DNA of 47,203 nt from Octopus bimaculoides (lineage: Eukaryota). The DNA is taken from positions 68,828,182-68,875,384 of the forward strand of contig NC_068986.1 in NCBI RefSeq assembly GCF_001194135.2. The letters run 5' to 3'. The position numbers and the translations under genes are program-made. Under the pieces are notes generated by a model. That model did no database searches. It saw only the letters and a list, made by a program, of their open reading frames with translations, and was not told where the DNA came from. Every line of letters starts with the position of its first letter. Position 1 is the stretch's first letter. This document shows, one piece after another, positions 22,560 through 32,704 of this stretch.

Positions 22560-24400
22560 TGGTTAGAGTGAGATGTTACCAAAGCTTATCTTAACTTTAT
22601 TGAATTTCCTGAGAGGCTCAGCTATATCTCTGCTTCTTTTTATATCACTTGTTGGCTAAGCTGTTGCTTCACAAGTCATTGTTTGGCACTGATCATGCAA
22701 ACCCATGATCAAAGGAATAATGATTCTCTCATTTGTATGTCTACAACTACATTGTCTAACGTCTCCTTTCATTTGTAAGTCTGTAAATAGTGATTTGCTT
22801 GAAATCTGACTGCCGTTTCTAGCATGTTGTATGACTATGCAGAAGCTCTTTTGTTCAATAAGGTACTTAGATTCACAATCAACAACAAAAAACATTTTCT
22901 GAGTACAGAGAAAAAAATATCCTTAATTATGATATCTGGCTTCAGCATTAGTTAGAAAGAGGTCTGTATTTTGACTTGAACCTTGTATATAACTGGTATG
23001 AATTGCTGCAATCCTGGAGGAATGACAAATACTTTCAGCCAGATGTATTTAACTTACTGTTAATTTTATCCATTCACATAATTAATTCCTGCTGGAATTG
23101 ACTTGGCTTTTTATCTGTCTGCAGTTGCTAAAATAAGTTCCAGCGATATACTGGCATTGATTTTATTGAATTTACTTTATCCTTGAGCCAAGTTAAAAAG
23201 AACAATTTTCTTTTGTGAGTGCATATATTACAATGTGTAACATGATTTTTGTCCTTGGGTAGCAACTGTTATTTCCTATTTGCTTAACCACAGAAAGTAT
23301 GAAAAATAGCTAATATTTCCTTCAAACTTTGCTTTTCTTACATTTATTCAAACCCCAAAGAATCCCTCTCAGCACATGACTCTAATGCTTCCCCATTGCT
23401 CTTGCTCTTGATCAGAGATGCATATATTGGTAGCCACGAAGAGATATATTCAGGTGGTTAAGGCCAAGCAACTGACAAACAAATCTGTAGTTTTGAGCAG
23501 ATTATTTGCTATAATGATATTTCTGCTTCAGCAGCTCAGTGCTGAATCTGTCTGAAATATAATGGAAAACATTGATGTCCAGGTTACAAAAGCTAAGCTT
23601 GAAGGGAGTAGTAATCATTCCCTTTGGTTTCTAGATAGATGCAAATAGGAAATAATACTTACTGACTAAAGACAAAAAAAAAAAATTGAAATTTTGTTTC
23701 AGTGTTATCTTTCTTGTACTAGGCCACAGTTGATTTAAGTTATTGTAAGTATAAAATACAGATGTGAAATCTAAAAGGATTAAGCATTTAAAAAAATTAC
23801 TTGTTTTAATGTTTGTGTCACTAACCTCTCTATGATGATCTAGCAAATAAATTGAGAGGTTATTTACTTTATTTGATAGACAAAATATAGGTCTACTGAA
23901 TGCTTGAGTAGTTTCCTTGAAAGACTTCATTCAAAGTAATGGATTTCACTAAGCATAGGCATTAATAAGTTTGCAAAAATTATACATTCAGTTCAATGGT
24001 CTCAATGCTAGTGATTTAAATTTAACATCAATTTATATAAAAGTTGCTTTTGAAATATTCATATTATCTGTCTGTATATATATATATATGTGTGTGTGTA
24101 TTATATTATGTGTTAACATGGGCCTCCTAACGACAAAGTAAACTTAATTTAATCAAGATATCTTTGGCCTGAAGAGTAGTCTGTAGTATACACCTTGCTT
24201 GGATATTTGCCACTTCCAAGGTTCTGCTTGCTATGAAACATATGTAGCCTGGATTTTATCTAGTCCAACCATGAAATATAAAATAATTTTCAGCTTAGCA
24301 TACTTCGATATGGGGAAAATTCACAACCTTCCACCCCAATAAACCACTAATGTTCCTGAAAGTTGTTTTCTATGTTTTCTATGGATTACTTGAAGCTCAC
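22560..24400 (-). mobile_element. Heavily decayed non-LTR retrotransposon (possibly R4/Dong-like)
   Basis: Only faint minus-strand RT-like remnants (CLILLDFTS, GLNKCK) and a Cys-rich C-terminal piece; many stops. Confidence 0.3.
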
Positions 24401-24429
24401 TTTTGATCTACACCTTGATCCTTAGAGCT

Positions 24430-24463
<34 letters not shown>

Positions 24464-25019
24464 NNNNNNNNNNNNNNNNNNNNNNNNNNNNNNNNNNNNN
24501 NNNNNNNNNNNNNNNNNNNNNNNNNNNNNNNNNNNNNNNNNNNNNNNNNNNNNNNNNNNNNNNNNNNNNNNNNNNNNNNNNNNNNNNNNNNNNNNNNNNN
24601 NNNNNNNNNNNNNNNNNNNNNNNNNNNNNNNNNNNNNNNNNNNNNNNNNNNNNNNNNNNNNNNNNNNNNNNNNNNNNNNNNNNNNNNNNNNNNNNNNNNN
24701 NNNNNNNNNNNNNNNNNNNNNNNNNNNNNNNNNNNNNNNNNNNNNNNNNNNNNNNNNNNNNNNNNNNNNNNNNNNNNNNNNNNNNNNNNNNNNNNNNNNN
24801 NNNNNNNNNNNNNNNNNNNNNNNNNNNNNNNNNNNNNNNNNNNNNNNNNNNNNNNNNNNNNNNNNNNNNNNNNNNTGTTCTTTTCCCTTAATCTATATAT
24901 TTATATATATTTAATACTGTGAAACTTAATTTAATTTTTATTTTTATAAATTGATTTTAATTGAGTTTTTACCTGTAATTTTGGATTTTTATCCTTAATA
25001 TTACTATTATATATATATA

Positions 25020-25200
25020 TAGGGAGAATTCACAAAAAAACAAAAGACAAAGACAGGTGGTGTAGACAACAAACAGATATATTAGTATAACGCTTGGGAA
25101 GTGAAAAAGTCTTTAACGTTTCGAGCCTACGCTCTTCCACAGAAAGGAACACACAAAGAAACAAGGAGAGAAAATAAAGAATGTGTAGTGGCTAGCGATC
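25020..25200 (-). mobile_element. Short Penelope-derived (pLTR-like) element with minimal hammerhead-like fold
   Basis: Homologous to 464-612 and flanked by (TA)n on both sides. Minus strand reads CTTT-CTGTGGA-AGAGC-GTAG-GCTC-GAAAC-GTT-AAAG. Confidence 0.55.
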
Positions 25201-25744
25201 TGTCATATATATATCAAGGTGTTGGGCCTCATGGAGGCAATGACAATGAACTGAGATGTCTGGTGATATGAGGTTCTTGAGAAGCTCTCTCCTACTTCAG
25301 AGAGCCTTTCCTCATTTTCATGCACTATGCTTATGCTTATCTCTTGCTCCCAAATCCTGTCCTCACTGCCCTGCCCACAGTATCATAGCTATCCTGTTGT
25401 GCCCCCATCCTCTATATACCCAGGTTTCACCAGTCACTGCATTCACCCCTGTTGTTTGCATTCATATGAATTCACTATTCATGCATGCACCCTTACTAAT
25501 ACCCTACCATCTCATTTATATTCTGATCCCTGTACCTTGAGGGTATGCCCTGGCACATCAACACCATCTCTCCCTTGCTCTTTCTCATCCCACTTTCTCT
25601 CATTCTTGATCATTCCTTTGCTTTCTCTCTCTGACTGGATAACTATGTATCTCCTCTACAGCAAGACACCTATTCCTGGCCCTCTGTCACATTGTAATCT
25701 CTCATCACCTGGCACAAGGCCACCTCCACCAATACTCCATCTCT

Positions 25745-26060
25745 CAAAGGATCTTTGTCCTGTGAGTTACTTGGTGACCCAGCCAGTGCTGATGCCATGT
25801 AAAAAGCATCCAGTCCACACAATAAAGTGGTTGGCATTTGGAAGGGTGCTTACTTGTTAAAACCCATGCCAAAACAGACCTCGCCAGTACTGGTACCATG
25901 TAAAAAGCACTCAATCCACTCTGTAAGGTGGTTGGCATTCAGCTGTAAAAACCATGACAAAACAGACAGTGAAACCTGGTGCAGTCTTCTGGCTAGCCAA
26001 CTCCTGTCAAACTGTCCAACTCATGCCAGCATGGAAAATGGACATTAAATAATGATGATA
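25745..26060 (+). mobile_element. RTE-type 3' tail element
   Basis: GCCAGTGCTG..CCATGTAAAAAGCA repeats, GTGGTTGGC..CAGCTGTAAAAAC, CATGCCAGCATGGAAAATGGACATTAAAT and an (ATG)n tail. Confidence 0.75.
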
Positions 26061-26203
26061 ATGTGTGTGTGTGTGTGTGCGTGTGTNNNNNNNNNNAATA
26101 ATGATGATAATGTGTGTGTGTGTGTGTGCGTGTGTGTGTGTGTGTGTATGTGTACATACAGTGTTTTTGCTATTAACAAAGTATATTATATTTATATTTC
26201 CAG

Positions 26204-27571
26204 GGTGTGAATATTTTGGTATTTCCTGAAAATGGCCTTATTGCACATTTGATGAATTATTCTCGTACTGATATTGAGAACTTTCTTGACATTATACCAC
26301 AGCCTAACAAAGTGAGACCATGGATTCCATGTGATGAACCTGATCTCTATCCAAGAACACAAATTCAGGAAGCTATTAGCTGCATTGCCAAAGAGAACAA
26401 GATTTATCTTGTAGTTAATGTTGGAGACATGCAACTCTGCAATCACACAGAAGATTCAAACTGTCCTTCTGATGGACGTTACCAATACAACACTAATGTT
26501 GTTTATTCATCAGAGGGTGCTCTTGTTTCTAGATATCACAAGAAACATCTTTCTGATGAGCCTTATTACAACGTTCCCAAGACTGCAGAATATGCAGTGT
26601 TTGATACTCCATTTGGTCGTTTTGCAAGCATTGTATCTTATGATATATTCTTCAATGACACGCTAAATAATTTAATAGAAAAACATCAAGTTTCAAATAT
26701 TCTTTTTCCAAATCTATGGTTACATGTTCCTCCTTTCTTTTTATCATCTTTATTCCACAATTCAATTGCCAAAGCTTTCAAGATAAACCTTATTTCTGCA
26801 AATGTCAAAATAGATATGTTCCCAGATATTATATCTGGTGGAAGTGGTATTTATACACCTTCAGAAAGTCTTTATAGCTATAAACCCTTTAATTCTGTTC
26901 CTTCAGACGGATATCTTCAGTTAGAAATTAAAAATATTGAAGAGTCAGAAAGAAAATTTCTTTGGCCTCTAAAACGTGAAGTACCCATATCAGACAACTC
27001 TGTTGTTAAAACGGCACTTATGACAAATGTTTTCCCTGTATCTGCCGTGATACTTCAGAATGATTCAGGCATTGTTAGTGTGTGTAATTATAAGGTATGT
27101 TGTTCTCTTGAGTATGAATTCATGTCTAATAGAACTTTAAAATTTAAAATCAACTATATTTTAGCAATAAGTAACAAGAAAGATGTAGATCTGACTAATC
27201 CAGAAGGTAAAGAAATGCAATCATGTCTTTTATGTCCAATTTATGATGAAAAAATATCATGTTTGATGACTTTGCCAGCTGATATTCCCAAAGGAGATGT
27301 TAGCTTTCGCAAATTAAAAATGACAGCTCATAATTTTAATACTCCTTATTTATTTCCCCACATTGCGACTTTTAATTCAAAAACTTACGATATCAATACA
27401 TCTTGGAAACATGACAGAGGAAAAATAGAAAATACGAAACCAATTGAAAAAGTTTTTACTGCTATAATATTTGGAAGATTGTATCCTATTACCTCATCAG
27501 CTACATCTACAGTATTTCCAGTCACTTTTGTAATCTTGTTAAATTTAATATCAAAGGAACTACTTGTTTAG
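26204..27571 (+). CDS. VNN1-like: Vanin/biotinidase-family protein, coding exon 2 (nitrilase domain, base domain, GPI-type tail); catalytic Cys replaced by Ser
   Basis: Acceptor TTTCCAG|GGT, phase 0, then an uninterrupted 455 codons. Motifs: ILVFPENG (Glu), GRYQYNTNVVY, RYHKKHL (Lys), DTPFGRFASIVSYDIFF, VCNYKVCCSLEY, FGRLY, hydrophobic C-terminus. Spliced product about 522 aa; intron 16254-26203. Confidence 0.92.
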   Translation, partial: GVNILVFPENGLIAHLMNYSRTDIENFLDIIPQPNKVRPWIPCDEPDLYPRTQIQEAISCIAKENKIYLVVNVGDMQLCNHTEDSNCPSDGRYQYNTNVVYSSEGALVSRYHKKHLSDEPYYNVPKTAEYAVFDTPFGRFASIVSYDIFFNDTLNNLIEKHQVSNILFPNLWLHVPPFFLSSLFHNSIAKAFKINLISANVKIDMFPDIISGGSGIYTPSESLYSYKPFNSVPSDGYLQLEIKNIEESERKFLWPLKREVPISDNSVVKTALMTNVFPVSAVILQNDSGIVSVCNYKVCCSLEYEFMSNRTLKFKINYILAISNKKDVDLTNPEGKEMQSCLLCPIYDEKISCLMTLPADIPKGDVSFRKLKMTAHNFNTPYLFPHIATFNSKTYDINTSWKHDRGKIENTKPIEKVFTAIIFGRLYPITSSATSTVFPVTFVILLNLISKELLV

Positions 27572-27786
27572 CCCTTTAGCATCTAAACTGGCCATATCAG
27601 GCCCAAATATTCTGACTGTTTTATGCTCAAACTGACCCGATCAGGCCTGTCACAACTACCCTGCAATGTCATTCTAAAATTAAACAATGCATCATCGAAA
27701 TTTCAAATCTACAAGATAATGATTAATTCAAAAGAATGTGAAGAAATAAGCCTTATATTTGACAGAATAATCTGAATGCTAAGGGG
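27572..27786. mobile_element. piggyBac-like MITE inserted at the vanin-like stop codon
   Basis: TIRs CCCTTTAGCAT / ATGCTAAGGGG. Flanks are TTAG (27568-27571, containing the TAG stop) and TTAA (27787-27790). Confidence 0.75.
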
Positions 27787-28072
27787 TTAAGATATTTTTC
27801 CTTCTTTTCTTACTCACACTCAATATATTTCTTTTTAATTCTTTGTCACAACTGCACTCTGTGGAACTTCCTTGGTACCTGTTTTATACTTATGTCCTAA
27901 CCTTCAAGAATGCAAGTATTAACCATATTATGAATATCAGATAGTTATCTCCAATTCCTCATGTTTTGTGAAGTATGAAAATGTTATGGATACTACCTCC
28001 AAATTCTCAGACTAAGCCAGATTACAATAATTTGTTAAAAATAAGAAATGTCATTAGTTTTGTTCATTAATC

Positions 28073-28078
28073 AATAAA
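28073..28078 (+). terminator. Candidate polyadenylation signal of the vanin-like gene
   Basis: First AATAAA I noticed downstream of the stop, about 500 nt away; no transcript support. Confidence 0.35.
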
Positions 28079-28242
28079 ATCTAAAATCTCATCGTGCTTC
28101 TGGTTGATTTTCTCAATATTCAATGTTAAAATTTTCACATAATTTTTGAATGATTCATTTATGGTAATAATTTTGGGCAGTTAACACATGTATATATTAT
28201 TTTAATTCAATTATTATTTGTTAGGTTTGTAAATATCAGGCT

Positions 28243-28592
28243 GTGGAGGCGCAATGGCCCAGTGGTTAGGGCAGCGGACTCGTGGTTTCGATTCCCTGAG
28301 CGAAAACACCTAAAACTCCACGAGGCTCCGGCAGGGGATGGTGGCGAACCCTGCTGTACTCTTTCACCACAACTTTCTCTCACACTTACTTCCTGTTTCT
28401 GTTGTGCCTGTAATTCGAAGGATCAGCCTTGTCACATTGTGTCACGCTGAATATCCCCGAGAACTACGTTAAGGGTACACGTATCCGTGGAGTGCTCAGC
28501 CACTTGCACGTTAATTTCACGAGCAGGATGTTCCATTGATCGGATCAACTGGAACCCTCGACGTCGTAAGCGACGGAGTGCCAACAACAACA
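28243..28592 (+). mobile_element. tRNA-derived SINE, family D, with a 12-bp TSD
   Basis: A-box TGGCCCAGTGG, B-box GTTTCGATTCC, (CAA)n tail. TSD AAATATCAGGCT at 28231-28242 and 28593-28604. Confidence 0.85.
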
Positions 28593-29319
28593 AAATATCA
28601 GGCTAGTGGCTAGCTCCAGTTTCATAACATTAAGTAGATGAAACTTGAATCTCCTCCTGGAGAGGACAATACTAAAGATTCTTATGTGATCTACCACCTA
28701 TTTCCATCAGACACTAAAATTTACATCTCAAGAACAATATACTAGCAGATTTGAACTCTCAATCTATGAGAATATAGTCTAACAACTTATCTACTCAATA
28801 TTTATTATATATTTCAAATATGAGTGAAAATTGGAAAGGGTATTAACAGCTCCAAGAAACAAAAAATATAGATTGGAATTCATAAATGTATTTATTTACA
28901 TTAGCATAATGCCATACATTTGCTGGAGGAGTTCTTGCAAATTTCATTTTTGGCCATTGCTGAGTATTTAATTTGAAATACCTTGTGTAATGCTCAACAT
29001 TTATGCCACTGGTAGCTTGTTACTTTGTACCAAAACATACATGACTGTGCAATAGTTATAATTTAGTTAATTAAACAGTTAGCTATTTTATCTATCTATT
29101 TATAACGAATTAACTTTTATTTATCAATTCATTTATTTGTATTAATGCTTGTATAGCACCTGCTTCCAGTGGCGGAAGCAAGTATAACACAGATGATGGC
29201 AGATTAAAAGACAATTGCTATATGTCTATTGACTAATGCTCATTAGAACCTTCTTTTTAGATGCTGAATCCCATCCTCCCCATGTTCTCTCCTGCCTCAA
29301 CTTTCATTTCCTCAGGAAG

Positions 29320-30582
29320 GTATGTCAGGTAGCACTGGCAATGACCACACCCGAATGGTGCTTTGTTACGTGCTGCCAGCACAGAAGCCAGTCAGGCAGC
29401 ACTGGCATCGACCATGCCAAGACAGTATGTCTTACCTTATCTTCGTGGCTGGTGATTTCAGTGAACATGTTGGCCAGCACCTGGATGTCTTCAACATTAT
29501 ACATAGAGGCTATGGAATTTTTCCTGAAACAAGGAATAGGGCTATGGGAGTTCTGTGATGTGAATAACCTAATGATCTGCAACACCAACTTCAGGAAACC
29601 AGCCAGTAACATGATAACCTACAAATCCAGTGACCACACTAGTCAGATTGATTACATTCTCACCAGAAAGTGAGATACATGGTTACTTATAAATGCAAAG
29701 ACCTTCCCTGGTGAAGAATGTACCCCTCAACATTGGTTTGTCATGACTTCAGGTTAGGAGGATTCCAAGAAGTAGACCAATCTGGAAACGAAGGGTTTGG
29801 AAGCTTTAGAATCCTTTGAATAGTCAGAGATTTAGAGACGCCCTAATTGAGACATTTAATGAGGAAGAGACCAAATGTGTGGATGGTGTAAAGTCCCAAT
29901 CAGATCTAGTGTGACATGGTGGTAGAGTGTGTAGTAGACAGGGCTATTAGAACAAAGAAATAGTCTTGGAAGAATGGTAGTAGCAGAGAGCTAGAAGACA
30001 GGTATACTTAACTGGGGAAGAGGCAGAAAGGAAGAAGTTTATCAACATTCTGTTGCATGTGGTGTTTCAAATTGCAAGACAGCGTCAGAGATGTAGGCAA
30101 TGTGGAAGCTAGGGGTAGATGAGAGTTGTACAAGCCATAATGGAGAAATTTAATACTGGCTACTTTTTTGAGTTCCTCTACACCGACGACCTTCTTCTTA
30201 TTGCTGAATCAGTATAAGAACTAGAAGAAATTTCAGGTGAGGAAGCAAAGTCTGGAGTTAAAAGGCATTAGAGTTAATTTAGCAAAGACCAAAGTCCTAG
30301 TAAGCAGGAAAACAGACAACTCACTGATCCCTTCAGGGAGATAGTCCTGCTCAATATGTAGGTGGAAACCCCATATGGTGTACCCAGTGCAAGCTATAGA
30401 CACATTAAGAGGTGCAGTCATTATATGTGGCAGATGTGCAGGTACATTAAACACCAGGAACATATAGGGGAATTCTTAGAAGTGATAGACAGTTTCCCTT
30501 AGTCAGCAGTGGAGAAGGGCTGGGCTAAATTCAGGGAGCTGCTACTATTGTTGGTGACAGACATTGAATGATGATGATGATG

Positions 30583-30595
<13 letters not shown>
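29320..30595 (+). mobile_element. Internally deleted RTE LINE (endonuclease-to-RT fragments)
   Basis: VAGDFSEHVG, NTNFRKPASNMITYKS..SQIDYILTRK, LLYTDDLLLIAES and a (GAT)n tail. Preceded by an antisense piece of the hairpin repeat. Confidence 0.7.
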
Positions 30596-30624
<29 letters not shown>

Positions 30625-31069
30625 CATTGGTGACCGATAGTTCCATTGGTTATTGCTTTCCAACAGGAATTTGACACTAAGAGACAAGAGAGTGTACAAA
30701 ATAAGAGCTAAGAATCTTATAGATCACCAATTTTTGTTGTTTTCTCACTGATGCTTATACCTTTCATTTGTTTACATTTATGGTCAACCTAATGTAACAT
30801 AGAAGACGTTTGGCTAAATTGTTCTGCAAACTTGGTATCAAATTGCAAAATGAACATATATAATACAATGCCAAAGTTTACTATCATATCTGAACAGACA
30901 AGGGATTCCAAAACGTCCACTTTTCCATACTTGCCTGCACTGGAGTTTATTGAGGCAGATTTTCTATGACCAGATGTCCGATTGCCAGTTTCCAAGCAAG
31001 GTAATATTTCTCCATGGCCAGACATGGCCTTGCAGAATATCGGAAATGACATTCATTTATGATTACAAA

Positions 31070-31200
31070 TGTCAAGACAAACACACGACAGGCTTCTTCG
31101 TTTCTGTCTATCAAATCCACTTACAAAAGTTAGGTCAGCCCAGGACTACAGAAGACACTTGTCAAGAGCATCATGCAGTGGGACTGAACCAGAAATGTCA
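31070..31200 (-). mobile_element. SINE family A fragment
   Basis: GACAGGCTTCTT..CAAATCCACTT..AGAAGACACTTG..GTGGGACTGAACC matches 621-795. Confidence 0.65.
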
Positions 31201-31493
31201 CTAACTATATATTTTTTTTTTTTACTCCTGGCCTTCACCTACATCTGCTTTCTGTTGTCATAAAATGGTTGTCTCCCCTACCATAAATATGTGTTGTGTT
31301 AACCCTAATTATGAATAGTCACAAAAGTTTAACTAGGTACGTATTAACATTTTTTTTTTTTTTTAATGGACTCCAAATTATCAATGCCATTCAAAATGAT
31401 TTGCAAAATGAAACCTTTCTATTTGGATTCGAAGTAGATACTTAGAACACTTGAAAAAAAAACCAACAAGCAGATAAAATTTTAAATTGTAAA

Positions 31494-31499
31494 TTTATT
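31494..31499 (-). terminator. Candidate polyadenylation signal of PPP1R15
   Basis: AATAAA on the minus strand about 990 nt past the stop, followed by a U-rich tract. Other AATAAA hexamers lie closer to the stop. Confidence 0.4.
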
Positions 31500-31651
31500 T
31501 GAGAAATTAAAATAACATGAATTTGAAAACAGTTAATAACTAGAAGTAAAATCAGACCCAACCCTTAAGGCTTTCAATAACTTGCATGCAATGTAAGATG
31601 AATTACTCCCAAGTTAGGAATTATAAAGAAAGAAGCTGATTATTGTGTGTG

Positions 31652-31689
<38 letters not shown>

Positions 31690-32102
31690 TACATACATAA
31701 AATCTAAGATTTAACTGATCAGCATTAGCTATTTAAAATCTACAATTTAAAATTGCCTTAAAACTTAATCCTATTAAAAATGTTACATAAAAAGCAAAGA
31801 TTTTGTAATAGAATGCTATATATTTTATTTAAGTTATCTTCATAGAAGATGTTAAATAATCTGTTATTACCTCCCCTTTCACTGTGGTTTACTTTATGTA
31901 CAGCAGTAATTATTTATAGCTGGTCAGGTACAACCACATAAAACATTATACCTAAAAGGTTACAACAATGTACCAAGTCATAATTTTAGAATTTACTTAG
32001 ACGATGGTATACAAAAGAAAACACCACCATTTAGAGTCAGACAGTCATCTTTAATCAGAGACTGGTTGCCAAAGCAATTCAAAATCTGAGTCAGCCAGAT
32101 GT

Positions 32103-32118
32103 AATAAATAATAAATAA
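32103..32118 (-). promoter_or_regulatory. AU-rich element (two overlapping UUAUUUAUU nonamers) in the PPP1R15 3'UTR
   Basis: Minus strand reads TTATTTATTATTTATT. Confidence 0.45.
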
Positions 32119-32482
32119 CTAAGGCCAGATACATTAACTGTTGCTTGCTACATATATGTATTGAGAGATGATATATCATTAAAGACATACCATCACTTCC
32201 AACACCAACCACAATGTTGAGTTAATAGTAATTCAAATATTACTTCAAAGCTTATATGATCTACAAAGTTCCAAAAGACCATCATATGAAATTTTTCTTT
32301 TTAGTTTAATTACAAAAATATTTCATTTTGTATCACAGAATGCTTCAATGACGACATTTAAGATGATGTCCATTTGACAGTTGTCTGTATGTGACAAGAT
32401 TGCATTTAACAGTCTGTAATGTAGTCTTGCCTAAAGAAAATACAATAAACCTTCAGTTAGGCAAATTCTTTACTAGATGCAT

Positions 32483-32704
32483 TTAGTAATGTTCATATTT
32501 CTTTCGAAGAGCCAAGATCTTCAGTCTGTGAGAAGGATCCAAAATTGGTTTCAACACTTGCTCAGTGTTTTCTATCCGACATCGAAACCTCTCTGAATCA
32601 ATATGAATTTGTACCCATTCACCTTTACGGGCAGCTTGGTAGGCAAAACTCCATACAAGCATAAAATGCTTGGTTTCTAACTTCTCATCAGCAGCAAAAC
32701 GAAC
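32483..32704 (-). CDS. PPP1R15: PPP1R15 (GADD34/CReP-like PP1 regulatory subunit), terminal coding exon
   Basis: Acceptor TTTTTTTTTCTCCAAAG|GTT. Manual translation: VRFAADEKLETKHFMLVWSFAYQAARKGEWVQIHIDSERFRCRIENTEQVLKPILDPSHRLKILALRKKYEHY*. Matches the RVxF plus RxGxW..DxxRFxxRI PP1/eIF2alpha module. Absent from the supplied ORF track. Confidence 0.92.
   Translation of the reverse strand, partial: VRFAADEKLETKHFMLVWSFAYQAARKGEWVQIHIDSERFRCRIENTEQVLKPILDPSHRLKILALRKKYEHY

Noticed and set aside
26639-26641. A-to-I editing of TAT (Tyr) to TGT (Cys) as a rescue of the vanin nucleophile
   Set aside because: This codon aligns with the aromatic residue after the catalytic Cys, one position off; the Ser codon TCT itself is not editable to Cys.
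28243-28300. tRNA genes suggested by A/B boxes (also near 750, 5380, 11100, 40960)
   Set aside because: No cloverleaf; they continue into SINE bodies with tails or TSDs.
27571-32483. Functional link or antisense overlap between the convergent vanin-like and PPP1R15 genes
   Set aside because: Candidate polyA signals leave more than 3 kb of TE-filled spacer; nothing in the sequence supports overlap or co-regulation.
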